Counted from the stretch's first letter, positions 47,924 to 57,261 are shown. The stretch: 64,000 nucleotides of DNA from Acidimicrobiaceae bacterium (GCA_026708645.1 JAPOUM010000004.1:33760-97759), one strand, 5' to 3'. Numbers and translations are program-made. Notes: generated by a model not told the origin, from the sequence alone.

Positions 47924-49660
47924 TCATATGGCTGTCACCGGGATGCGCCGGCGAGGCGAGACCGCGGCCGGGCGCGATCCGGCGTTGCCGGCTGCGACAG
48001 TGCCGACATCGCCGACATCATCGACAGTGCCGACATCGCCGACAGCAGGGAGCGGCGCCATGTCGAGCAGCTCGGCCTGCAAGAAGTTGGCTGCGGCGGC
48101 GGTCACTCTGACATGGCCGTAACGGCCCGGCGTCAGCGCAGCGGGCTCAGATCCGGGACTCGGCCCCGGCGCCCGGAAGTGAACCAGAGTGTTGCGTCGG
48201 GTGCGTCCGCTGCACACTGACGGATCTTTCTTGCTGGGTCCTTCGACGACTATCTCTTCGACTCTGCCGATGCGGGCCTCGTTGGCGAGTCGGCTCGAGC
48301 GTTCGATCACCGCACGCAGACGCTCGTAGCGGTCCACGGCCACGTCATGGGGCACGAAACTGTCGACCATGCCGGCGGCGCCGGTGCCGGGCCGGGGCGA
48401 GAAAATGAAAGTGAAGGCGCTGTCGTAACGGGCTTCGGCGGCCACTTGGAGGGTCTGCTCGAAGTCGTGCTCGGTCTCGCCCGGGAAGCCGACGATGATG
48501 TCGGTGGAGACGGCCAGGTCATCGACGGCCGCCCTTGCGGCGCCGAGGCGTTCCAGGTAGCGCTCAGCGGTGTAGCCCCGCTGCATGGCGCGCAGCACCG
48601 TGTCGCTTCCCGACTGCAGCGGCAGGTGCAGATGCTCGCACACCGCGGGAACCTCCGCCATGGCCGCGATGGTCTCGGGCCGCAGGTCCTTGGGGTGAGG
48701 GCTGGTGAAACGCACCCGCCGGATTCCGGCGATTCTGCCCACGCCGCGCAGCAGGTCCGCGAACAACGGACGCGCCCGCCGGTCGGAGAGCCAGGCGTCG
48801 CCGCACCACCAGGCGTCGTCGGCTGTCGCCGCGTCTGATCCAGTGGCTGACGCTGCGCTCGCAGCAGCAGCCGAATCCGGCGCTGCCGATGCCAGGCCGC
48901 CGACAGCGGCGTCGGCGACGTCCGCGACGCTGCTGCCACGACGCTGCAGGGCCAGATCGCGTCCATAGCTGTTGACGTTTTGGCCCAGCAGCGTCACTTC
49001 GCTCACGCCTTCGCGGGCCAGAGCTTCGATTTCGTCGATCAACTCGCCGAAGGGCCGGCTGATCTCGGGGCCTCGCACTGCCGGCACGATGCAGAAAGTG
49101 CAGCTGTTGTCGCAGCCGATCTGGATCGTCACCCAGGCGCTGTGCGCCGCTTCTCGCCGCGCCGGAAGAGCCGAAGGAAAAGCCTCGGCGTCGTCGCGTG
49201 CCGTCTCGGTGAGGATCTCCACCACCGGCCCGTGCCGTCGGGCGTGGCCTATCAACTCGGCGGCGCGATGCACGTTGTGAGTACCGAAAACCACATCCAC
49301 GTGGCCTGCACGCTGACGCACCAGTTCCCGGTCTTTCTGTGCTAGGCATCCAGCCACGGCGATCAGTGCCTCGGGACGCTGGGCCTTCACCGCTTTGAGC
49401 CGGCCCAGGGCGCCGTAGAGCTTGTTGTCGGCGTTCTCGCGGATGCAGCAGGTGTTGAGCACCATCACGTCGGCGGCCTCCAAGGTGCCGGCGCGCTCGT
49501 AGCCGTCGTCTTCGAGCAGGCCCGCGATCCTTTCGGAGTCGTGCTCGTTCATCTGGCATCCGAAAGTGCGTATGGCGTACGTCCGCCCCCGGCCTTGCGA
49601 CCGAGCTTGCGCCTGCGAGCCTGCTTCGGGGCCTTCGTCGGGGCCTGCTTCACCGGTCAC
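47924..49660 (-). CDS. miaB: tRNA-2-methylthio-N6-dimethylallyladenosine synthase
   Basis: UPF0004 IRTFGCQMNEHDSE, radical-SAM CDNSCTFCIVP, TRAM C-terminus. Carries an Ala/Ser-rich insertion and a repetitive C-terminal tail. Confidence 0.9.
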   Translation of the reverse strand: MTGEAGPDEGPEAGSQAQARSQGRGRTYAIRTFGCQMNEHDSERIAGLLEDDGYERAGTLEAADVMVLNTCCIRENADNKLYGALGRLKAVKAQRPEALIAVAGCLAQKDRELVRQRAGHVDVVFGTHNVHRAAELIGHARRHGPVVEILTETARDDAEAFPSALPARREAAHSAWVTIQIGCDNSCTFCIVPAVRGPEISRPFGELIDEIEALAREGVSEVTLLGQNVNSYGRDLALQRRGSSVADVADAAVGGLASAAPDSAAAASAASATGSDAATADDAWWCGDAWLSDRRARPLFADLLRGVGRIAGIRRVRFTSPHPKDLRPETIAAMAEVPAVCEHLHLPLQSGSDTVLRAMQRGYTAERYLERLGAARAAVDDLAVSTDIIVGFPGETEHDFEQTLQVAAEARYDSAFTFIFSPRPGTGAAGMVDSFVPHDVAVDRYERLRAVIERSSRLANEARIGRVEEIVVEGPSKKDPSVCSGRTRRNTLVHFRAPGPSPGSEPAALTPGRYGHVRVTAAAANFLQAELLDMAPLPAVGDVGTVDDVGDVGTVAAGNAGSRPAAVSPRRRIPVTAI

Positions 49661-49790
49661 AGCTCGAGCCGCCCTCCCGTGTCTGCGCTCGCTCTCGCGC
49701 CTGCACCGTCCCAGGCTAAGCCCAAGCCGACGAGCCCGCTCCGCAACCCCTCGACACGGCTGAAAGAGCGGCTCAGCGCTGGGGCCGACA

Positions 49791-51167
49791 TCAATCCGCA
49801 GCCAACGATTCCACTATGGAAGCCGCAACTCTCTGTGCCACTTGGCTCGGCGCCAGCCTGACCGCGTCGCCGTCAGGCAAACGCACGATCCACCTGTCGA
49901 CGTCAGGAAGGTCGAGCGTCAACTCCTGAACCCCCGGGGAATCCGAGTAGGCGCGTCTCCACTTGCGGGAACCCAAGACATCAGGGATCGACCAGAAGAC
50001 TGCAGGGCCGTCTCTCGGCCGGTCTCTGCTCGGTTCGTCTCTGGCCGGGAGCGAGGCTTTCATCTCGAAGGTGCGGAATCCCGTCCACGCCAGATAGCGG
50101 TTGTGATCCAGACCGGGAACGTCGACGTCGATGCGGAACAGCCACGCGTTTCCGGCCGCGTCACCCTCACAGAGAGCCGCGTAGTCGTCTGCGGAGAGTT
50201 CCGCGTCGTACCACCGTGTGGATACGTCTCCAGTGTCGCCGACGGCCGATTCGATTGCGTCGGTCACGAGCGAGAACAGCAGACTCACCGCGTCGTTCCA
50301 GATCGCGGCGCGGCGAGCCTGGGCTTTGCGGAGCATTTCTTGGGCCGCGTCGTAACCCTCGTGCCTCTTGGCGGCGCGTTCCAGATCGCGGAGCGCGTCC
50401 TCGGCTCTCGCCAGTATCAGTTCCGACAAAGGCTCGAGATCTCCGCCGAGATCCGACTCAGCGAGGGCGTCGTAATACCTCAACCGGTCCTTTCGGCGGA
50501 TGATCACGCTCGGAAGGCCGGCTCTGATCAGTTCCAGGTTCATGACCGCTCTAGCGGTGCGTCCGTTGCCGTCAGTGAAGGGGTGTATGTGCGTCAGCCA
50601 TGCGTGCAAGACGATGGCGCGCAGCAAAGGAAGCGACTCGGCATGATCAACCGACCAACGCTCCCATTCCTCCATGCCTGACATGACCTGATGCCAAGTC
50701 GCTGGAGGAGTGTGAGGCGATCCGGAGATCCTTACAGGCGCCGAACGGAACAAGCCTGCGGTCGGCCCTCTGCCGAGAACCAGGCTGTGAAGTTCTTTCA
50801 CTTGCCGGCTGTCAGACGGCGACGGGTCCTTCGCGAGCTCGACCATGTGGGCCAGCGCCCGCGACAGGTTGACCGCGTCAGCGGAGTATGCGGGGTCGTG
50901 GCCTGTGATGGTCACGCCCTTCTCGACCGCCAGCTCAGTCTCCCCGACGCCCAGAGTGCTGCCCTCGATGGCGTTCGACTCTGCGATCTGCTCATAGCGC
51001 TTGTCACCGAAGTAGGCGCGCAGCGTTGCGTCCGTCAGGCGCCCCCTTTGCCTGAGAAGGTCGGCGCGCTCTTGGAGCTTCCTGGCGTCTTCGATCACAT
51101 GGCGACCGGTGGCGTCGATCGTGTAGGGACTGCCCTCGAGACTGAAAGCATTAGCTTGCGGTGACAT
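49791..51167 (-). CDS. Fic family protein (class II-like) with an uncharacterised roughly 170-aa C-terminal region
   Basis: Active-site HPFTDGNGRTAR. N-terminal inhibitory-helix-like SNAIEG. Confidence 0.85.
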   Translation of the reverse strand: MSPQANAFSLEGSPYTIDATGRHVIEDARKLQERADLLRQRGRLTDATLRAYFGDKRYEQIAESNAIEGSTLGVGETELAVEKGVTITGHDPAYSADAVNLSRALAHMVELAKDPSPSDSRQVKELHSLVLGRGPTAGLFRSAPVRISGSPHTPPATWHQVMSGMEEWERWSVDHAESLPLLRAIVLHAWLTHIHPFTDGNGRTARAVMNLELIRAGLPSVIIRRKDRLRYYDALAESDLGGDLEPLSELILARAEDALRDLERAAKRHEGYDAAQEMLRKAQARRAAIWNDAVSLLFSLVTDAIESAVGDTGDVSTRWYDAELSADDYAALCEGDAAGNAWLFRIDVDVPGLDHNRYLAWTGFRTFEMKASLPARDEPSRDRPRDGPAVFWSIPDVLGSRKWRRAYSDSPGVQELTLDLPDVDRWIVRLPDGDAVRLAPSQVAQRVAASIVESLAAD

Positions 51168-51292
51168 AGATTAGAATATACAATATGCAACTAGCTGGCG
51201 GTGCGTCAGCGGCGGCTGATTCGATCTCTTCGATGGCTCGATCAGCTGCGTCGATCTGCTGCGCCGAGACGGTCTAGCAGGCGGGCGTCAGG

Positions 51293-51325
51293 ACGATGTC
51301 AGAGCGATGTCAGGGCGATGTCAGG
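51293..51325 (+). repeat. 11-bp tandem repeat x3 (cgatgtcagRg) upstream of the second Fic gene
   Basis: Units at 51293, 51304 and 51315, preceded by the related gcgtcagga. Ends 33 bp before ATG 51358. Confidence 0.9.
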
Positions 51326-51357
51326 AAGTCGAATACGGCTTGGAGGTGTCGAATATT

Positions 51358-52359
51358 ATGGGGACGATGCGCAACGAGACGCCTTGGGTTTGGGCGCCTT
51401 TGGAGGGGATGCCCGACGGCGCCGAAGGTTGGACGCTGGCGGGCCAGGCCGACCTGGAGTCGGAGTGGGCGCGCCTGCGTGCCGAGTTGAAAGGCGACGC
51501 AGCCAAAGAAAGGTTCGTGCAGGGCTGGCTGCGCGAGCGGAATCGAGCTTTCGCCATCGAGACCGGGCAAATCGAAGGGCTCTACACACTGCGGCGGGGA
51601 GTCACCGAGCAGCTCGTCGCCGAGGGGCTCTCCGGCGTGGTTGGGGCGCACACCTACGAGTCACTCGACGACGCCACGATCCGAGGCCTTCTGACCGATC
51701 AAGAAGCCGCCCTGGAGATGGTGTTCACGGACGTGGCCGGCGGTAGGGCTCTGTCGGAGTCGATGATCAAAAGCTGGCATCAGCTGTTGACTCGCCATCA
51801 GCAGACAGTCACCGGGCTGGATCCGACGGGCAGGCGTGTGGCAGTTCCGTTCACCACCAAGGGCCGCTGGAAGATCAGGCCCAACAACCCGCGCCGCGGC
51901 GACGGCCACGTGCATCAGTACTGCCCGCCCGAGCAGGTGCCCCCCGAGATGGAGCGGCTGCTGACGCTTTACGCCGACATCGCCGGGAGCGGCTACCCGG
52001 TCAACGTGGAAGCGGCCTGGCTGCACCACCGTTTCGTGCGCACGCATCCTTTCCAGGACGGCAACGGGCGAGTGTCACGGCTGCTGATGGCTTGGGCGTA
52101 CCTGAAACGCTCGCTGCCACCGCCGATCGTCTCCGCTCTCGGCAAACCCGAGTACATCAACGCGCTCGAACTGGCCGACGAAGGCGACCTCAAAGCCTTC
52201 TCGGACTACATCGGCGGTCTGGCTGTGTCGTCCATGATCAACGCCAACCAGCTAGCCCGACAGGCTTTCGCGGGCAGGCTCAACCGGCCCAACGGCAACG
52301 GCGGGCGCACCGTAGGCGACGACTACCTGTCCCCGCTGGACCCTGAGGTGCAGGCCTAG
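51358..52359 (+). CDS. Fic family protein
   Basis: Active-site HPFQDGNGRVSR. TGQIEG inhibitory-like motif. Start set at ATG 51358, 9 nt after GGAGGTG. Confidence 0.85.
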   Translation: MGTMRNETPWVWAPLEGMPDGAEGWTLAGQADLESEWARLRAELKGDAAKERFVQGWLRERNRAFAIETGQIEGLYTLRRGVTEQLVAEGLSGVVGAHTYESLDDATIRGLLTDQEAALEMVFTDVAGGRALSESMIKSWHQLLTRHQQTVTGLDPTGRRVAVPFTTKGRWKIRPNNPRRGDGHVHQYCPPEQVPPEMERLLTLYADIAGSGYPVNVEAAWLHHRFVRTHPFQDGNGRVSRLLMAWAYLKRSLPPPIVSALGKPEYINALELADEGDLKAFSDYIGGLAVSSMINANQLARQAFAGRLNRPNGNGGRTVGDDYLSPLDPEVQA

Positions 52360-52628
52360 CCCATCTCGCCTGACATGAACACAGCATGAGAGCTTCTGTC
52401 GGGGCTGCTCGCTCCCGGTGTAGTTACTCTCCCGATGTTATTACTGATGCCAGTAGTTGCTGGCGCAGCCTCGACCTGCCGCCACCCCCGTCGAAAAGCG
52501 CTCTTGGTGTCATTGCTGATGTCAGTAGTTGCTGATGCCAGTAATGACTGGCCGGGCGCATCAACGCTCATGCCTTGTGGCGCATCAACGCTTGATGCTT
52601 GGTGGCATATCAGTGCTGGCCGGGCGCG

Positions 52629-54056
52629 TCAGGGTGGTGGCGACAGCGCTTCCGTGAGCGCTCGAATTTCGGTTAGAGCGGATTGCAGGTCGTCGGCTGC
52701 CTCGGCGGCTAGGACGGCCGGGGGCGGGAGATTGTCGATGTCTTCGAGGCTGTCGTCGCGCAGCCAGAACAGGTCGAGGCTGACCTTGTCCCGGGCCGTC
52801 AACTCGTCGTAGCTGTAGCTCTTGAAACGCTCCGACGGTCGGCGCAAATGGCGTTCGCCGGTTTTGTAGCAGGCTACGAAGTCGTCGAGGTCGGCTCGGG
52901 TGAGCGGGTTCTGTTTGAGGGTGAAGTTCTTGTTGGTGCGCATGTCGTAGACCCACAACTCTCGTGTCCAGGCCTGATCGGCGCCCTCTCGGCGACGGAA
53001 GAACAACACGTTGGCCTTCACGCCCTGGGCGTAGAAGATGCCTGTCGGCAGGCGCAGCAGCGTGTGGACTTCGCAGTCGTGCAGCAGTCGGCGACGGATC
53101 GTCTCACCCGCCCCCGCTTCGAACAGCACGTTGTCGGGCACCACCACGGCGGCTGATCCGCCCACCTTGAGCACGCCGACGACATGCTGCACGAAGTTGA
53201 GTTGCTTGTTGCGGGTGACGGCCCAGAAGTCTTCGCGCTCGTAGCTGTCCGACGAGGACCGCCCGAAAGGCGGATTGGTCAGCACCATGTCGAAACGCCG
53301 TCCGGGATCGGCTCGCAGGGCGTCGTCGACATGCACCGGCGAGTCCGACTCGGGGCTCTCGATGCCGTGCAGCAGCAGGTTCATGGCGCACAGCCGCGCC
53401 GGCAGGTCCGCTATCTCCCAGCCGGTGAAAGCCCCCGAGCGCAGCAGTGCCACCTGGTCGGGCTCCAGAGGTGTGAAACGCTCGATGATCGACCGGTAGG
53501 CGCCCAAGAAGAACCCGCCGGTGCCGCAGGCCGGGTCGCAGATGCGGTCGCCGGGCTCGGGGGCCATCACGTCGACGATCGCTGAGATCAGCGCTCTCGG
53601 CGTGAAGTACTGGCCGGCGCCTCGGGCGCCTTCTTGAGCGGTCTTCTCGATCAGGCCCTCGTAGGCGTCGCCTTTGAGGTCGGCTTCGTAGCTGAGCCAT
53701 TCGTGCTTGTCGATGAAGTCCTTGATGAGCTGCTCCAGCTTGGCGGGGGTCTGGATCCGGTTGCGGGCCTTGTGGAACACCACCCCCAACATGTCGTCGC
53801 CGGCGCCCAGCGCCGCCAAGGTCTCGCCGTAGTGGTCTTCCAGTTCGGCGCCCGACCGGGCGAGCAGCGACTGCCAGTCATGCTCGATCGGCACCACCCG
53901 CTCACCGCCCAGCAGCTCATGCTGCTCGTAGGCCATCTTCAAGAAAAGCAGGTAGGTGAGCTGCTCCACATAGTCGCCGTAGGACAGCCCGTCGTCGCGC
54001 AGCACGTCGCAGAAATCCCAAAGCCGCTGCACCAAAGCCTTCGAATCGTTGCTCAC
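52629..54056 (-). CDS. hsdM: type I restriction-modification methyltransferase subunit
   Basis: HsdM_N-like LWDFCDVLRDDGLSYGDYVEQLTYLLFLKM, SAM motif DPACGTGGFF, catalytic LTNPPFG. GTG 54056 overlaps the upstream TGA as GTGA. Confidence 0.9.
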   Translation of the reverse strand: MSNDSKALVQRLWDFCDVLRDDGLSYGDYVEQLTYLLFLKMAYEQHELLGGERVVPIEHDWQSLLARSGAELEDHYGETLAALGAGDDMLGVVFHKARNRIQTPAKLEQLIKDFIDKHEWLSYEADLKGDAYEGLIEKTAQEGARGAGQYFTPRALISAIVDVMAPEPGDRICDPACGTGGFFLGAYRSIIERFTPLEPDQVALLRSGAFTGWEIADLPARLCAMNLLLHGIESPESDSPVHVDDALRADPGRRFDMVLTNPPFGRSSSDSYEREDFWAVTRNKQLNFVQHVVGVLKVGGSAAVVVPDNVLFEAGAGETIRRRLLHDCEVHTLLRLPTGIFYAQGVKANVLFFRRREGADQAWTRELWVYDMRTNKNFTLKQNPLTRADLDDFVACYKTGERHLRRPSERFKSYSYDELTARDKVSLDLFWLRDDSLEDIDNLPPPAVLAAEAADDLQSALTEIRALTEALSPPP

Positions 54057-54400
54057 GGCCGATGCACTCCGGGGTATGGGTTCGGGTTGGCGACAGACCA
54101 TTCGTGCAGATGGAGCGCCAAGGCGTGGGGCAGTGCTGAGCCGCGCGGGTGCCGGCGCTTGCTGACGAAGACGACGACCGCGCGCGGTGAGCCCGCGGCG
54201 AGCCGATCGTTGGCGATTTTGGCGAAATCCGCAAAATTCTCAGTCACGATGATCCGTTGCTGCTCGACGGCGATCTCGTAGATGTCGGAGTCAGTGCTGC
54301 CCCCGAGCCCCGCTTCGATAACGCTGAGCGCCTCATGTCCTAACGCAGCCAGTTCTGCCGCCGCAATTCGTGGCAGCATCTCGTCGATCAGCCATCTCAA
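54053..54400 (-). CDS. DUF5615-type PIN-like putative toxin
   Basis: MRWLIDEMLP...LGHEA...D.DI...A..QQRIIVTENFADF matches the DUF5615 pattern as I recall it. 4-nt overlaps on both sides. Confidence 0.65.
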   Translation of the reverse strand: MRWLIDEMLPRIAAAELAALGHEALSVIEAGLGGSTDSDIYEIAVEQQRIIVTENFADFAKIANDRLAAGSPRAVVVFVSKRRHPRGSALPHALALHLHEWSVANPNPYPGVHRP

Positions 54401-54819
54401 GACGAAAGCAATCGTTCACGCTGGCGAGCTTGGCGGCGGACCTCCTCCGCGGCTCGCTCATCCGCTTCGATCAACGCGTCAATCTCCTGAGGGAACGAAG
54501 CGTAGAAGTCTGCCGCCAGCATCACCGACGCTGCCGCTAGGCCGGTCTCGGCGGCAAGGTTCTCGACACGCTCCATTCCCCGGCCCGACGCAGCGGCCAG
54601 ATCACGCACTACCTCCCATACGTCGGGACCGCCCGCGAGCGCAGCGCGCCGACCAACGGGGCCGTCACGATAAACGACACCTGCGAAACGGCGCGTCTTG
54701 AGGCCCTCGTCGAGCATGGAGGAGACCAGCTGTGTGATTGAGGCGCCAACGGCGCGACTCTCGGCCTCGACGCGTTCCAACAGTTCCTCGGGAAGACGGA
54801 ATGATGTGGGCCGCGGCAT
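54397..54819 (-). CDS. putative antitoxin, RHH (CopG-like) N-terminus plus DUF433-like region
   Basis: FRLPEELLERVEAESRAVGASITQLV is RHH-like. The downstream GVVYRDGPVGRRAALAGGPDVWEVV is DUF433-like. DUF433/DUF5615 pairs are a known predicted TA arrangement. Confidence 0.5.
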   Translation of the reverse strand: MPRPTSFRLPEELLERVEAESRAVGASITQLVSSMLDEGLKTRRFAGVVYRDGPVGRRAALAGGPDVWEVVRDLAAASGRGMERVENLAAETGLAAASVMLAADFYASFPQEIDALIEADERAAEEVRRQARQRERLLSS

Positions 54820-54876
54820 AAAAACTCCGTAGCGTGAGCAAGCTACACCATACTACAACACGGTTGTCATAAATTG

Positions 54877-55460
54877 CGAATTGCGCAGTGGTCGAGGCCA
54901 GTGGGCCTGTTGCTTCTTGAACTTCGGCCAGTCTTTCAGCCAGAAAGTCCAGTCGCGCTGGAGTCGCAGTCAGCGAACCTGTTGCTTCCAGCCCGGTCGT
55001 CAACACGCAGCACGGTCGCGTGCATCGTCGTGAGGTGGCCGAAGTCAGCGAACCCTGTCGATCACTGTCAGCGGCGAGACGATGACGGCGGGTGTGCCCC
55101 GTCGCGAGGTGGCCGAAGTCAGCGAGCCACGGCGGGGTGCGGTCGGGGTGTTGGCTGGGCAAGGACGGCGTACATCGTCGTGAGGTGGCCGAAGTCAGCG
55201 AGCCATCTTCTTCGTCATTGAGTGGCGCGCCGGGTAGGGGCGTACATCGTCGTGAGGTGGCCGAAGTCAACGAGCCTGTTGTCTCCTGTCGAAGCACTCG
55301 CGGGCTTTCGCCAGCGCTGCGGTTGCGCTGCAGTCGCGCTGTGGTCGAGGCCAGTGGGCCTGTTGTCTTGCCTCTAGTGGAGTCAATAAACCTTCGTCCA
55401 GCAGAAACCTTCGTCCAGCAAGTTGCGCTGTGGTCGAGGCCAGTGGGCCTGTTGTCTCTC
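54877..55460. repeat. 8-unit repeat-spacer array (35-38 bp related repeats, 72-88 bp period, unrelated spacers)
   Basis: Central units at 55018, 55091, 55168 and 55240 share gtcgYgaggtggccgaagtcaRcgaRcc. Outer units at 54881, 55336 and 55424 share gcgcWgtggtcgaggccagtgggcctgttg. The unit at 54951 is intermediate. Sequences between units do not resemble each other. Confidence 0.85.
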
Positions 55461-55547
55461 TTGTTGGGGCGGGATTCGCCCGAGTGCGTCCGGCCGGGTC
55501 TCTGGCCGGGAGGCCGGTGTCGGCTACCGCCATGCGGCGAGCGGGGT

Positions 55548-56954
55548 TCACCACAGCGTGGCCGGGGCCGGGTCTCTGGCTCTGGTGCTGACGCTTGTAC
55601 GGCTTGTTTTGCTTTCGGGTCGGGCCGGTGATCGCCCGCGACGCAGTGGCGGTTCCGGTGCTGGTGGCCGCTCGGCGGCGCACGCCGGCCCGCAACGGCC
55701 GTGATCCGCTGACCCGACACGACCCGCTCCCCGAGGTGGATGGTCGTCGGCGTGGGCCGGCCCGTAGCGGGGCTGCAAAGCGGGATTGTCGGGCGGGTGC
55801 AGCGTGTGAGTGCCGTCGCTGTGGGTCTCAATGAACCAGTCGTGATGATGGATTTTGTGGTGACAGTTCCAGCACACCATCACCATGTTCTTGACGCTGG
55901 TCTCCCCGCCCTTGGAATACGGGACGATGTGATGGGCTTGGCACATGCTCGGCGGCGCCCCGCAGTGGAAGCAACCGCCGTAATCGGTCAGCAGGGCTTG
56001 CCATTGCGTGTCGGTGACCGTGCGCCGTGACCGGCTGCGCCAGATCGCGTCACCCGAACGGTCGTACACCAGACCGGTCCAACGCGCGTTGCACGACAAC
56101 TCCTCCAGCACCTCCGGCGGCAGCCGTGAACCGTCTGAGAGTTCAGCGACCAACTCGCCGGTGGCGTCGTCAACGTGCGCTACCAGCGTGATGTCAGCCA
56201 CCCAACCAGCGCCACCGTCGGACCGAACGCCGTCAGCAGCGACCGCAGGGGCGGTGGCGCGGTCGAGGGCGTCGGCCATGCATTGTGCGAACTGGCGTCG
56301 ATCCGCTTTGGGGAGTTTCCGGTCGTTGCCGAGCAACTGTTCTGCGATGTGGCGTATCCGGTTGTGGATGCGTGTGCCGGTGATCTTGTCGAACTCGCCA
56401 TGCAAAGCGACCATGCCGTCCTCGCCGTCATAGAACCTCAAATACCGCTTAGCACGCTGACGGGCATGCTCAGAGGCGCCGTCGTCGTCTTGCTGGGCGG
56501 TGATCCAGCGTTGCGCGGCGCGCCTGAACTGCTCGGGACGCATCGACGAGGCTTGCCCCAGCAACGAATCATCGCCTGCTACCGCATCAGAGCCGGTTTT
56601 GGTGATCGCCTCGGCGAGCCGTCGGGCGTTCGCTTGGGGCACTTCGCCGGCTTGCACAGCGTCTCGCAGCTTCGGGACTTTGTGCAACGCTTGCGCGGTC
56701 TTGACCTGACTGCGGGCTTCGCTGTGAGACAACCCGGCAGACACGGCCAGCACTTCCGCGCCGCCGTCGCCGTGACGCTCCCGTGCGGCGATCAGCTCCG
56801 CGGCGGCGCTCTGGAACGCCGTGCCTGCGGCCATGAACACACGAGTCTGCTCCAAGGCGGCGCGCAGCTCATCGGACGCCACACCGCCGTCGCGCAATGT
56901 CGCGAGCATCCTGTTGGCCGCGGCGACCGCTTGTCGAGCATCTGCTAACACCAT
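55548..56954 (-). CDS. DUF222 + HNH endonuclease (REP13E12-type protein)
   Basis: HNH core CQAHHIVPYSKGGETSVKNMVMVCWNCHHKIHHHDW with the long alpha-helical DUF222-like N-terminal part. The true C-terminus is uncertain. Confidence 0.8.
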   Translation of the reverse strand: MVLADARQAVAAANRMLATLRDGGVASDELRAALEQTRVFMAAGTAFQSAAAELIAARERHGDGGAEVLAVSAGLSHSEARSQVKTAQALHKVPKLRDAVQAGEVPQANARRLAEAITKTGSDAVAGDDSLLGQASSMRPEQFRRAAQRWITAQQDDDGASEHARQRAKRYLRFYDGEDGMVALHGEFDKITGTRIHNRIRHIAEQLLGNDRKLPKADRRQFAQCMADALDRATAPAVAADGVRSDGGAGWVADITLVAHVDDATGELVAELSDGSRLPPEVLEELSCNARWTGLVYDRSGDAIWRSRSRRTVTDTQWQALLTDYGGCFHCGAPPSMCQAHHIVPYSKGGETSVKNMVMVCWNCHHKIHHHDWFIETHSDGTHTLHPPDNPALQPRYGPAHADDHPPRGAGRVGSADHGRCGPACAAERPPAPEPPLRRGRSPARPESKTSRTSVSTRARDPAPATLW

Positions 56955-57261
56955 GAACAGTAGTATAGGTCATGGGTGCGACAAAGCAACCTCTTTCAAG
57001 TAAAAATCTTTAATATCGGGCATCTTTCTTGCCAGCCATGCGAGCATTGGCCAGCGCCGGTTCCGGGGTGCCCCACCCTCAACCGCTGACAGCCGCCAGC
57101 TCCACCTCGACCACAAACACGCAGGCCAGAAAACGCTGTCTCGCACGAGCGATGCGACGTCGGCGGGGTGGCTGACCACGATGAGCCGTCACACCGGCCT
57201 GAAAACGCAGTTCCGTGCGACCGGTCATTGACGGGACTGTCGCTAGCTGTGATAGCTTGTC

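Noticed and set aside
52436-52631. Short repeats (ctgatgccagta; ctggccgggcgcRtca) between the second Fic gene and the hsdM 3' end as a mobile-element end
   Set aside because: They are only 12-20 bp long with no inverted-repeat partner and no transposase. They are probably terminator-region slippage.
54877-55460. Calling the array a bona fide CRISPR locus
   Set aside because: Repeat identity is too low at both ends. The period is irregular (72-88 bp). There are no cas genes in the window and no familiar repeat terminus. I report it as a repeat with CRISPR-like geometry instead.
54665-55831. 388-aa minus-strand ORF reading through the repeat-spacer array (GSLTSATSRRCT repeats)
   Set aside because: The open frame is most simply explained by GC richness. 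It overlaps the antitoxin gene and the HNH 3' end, and the repeats fall in more than one frame relative to the DNA units. I kept it only as a caveat in the array finding.
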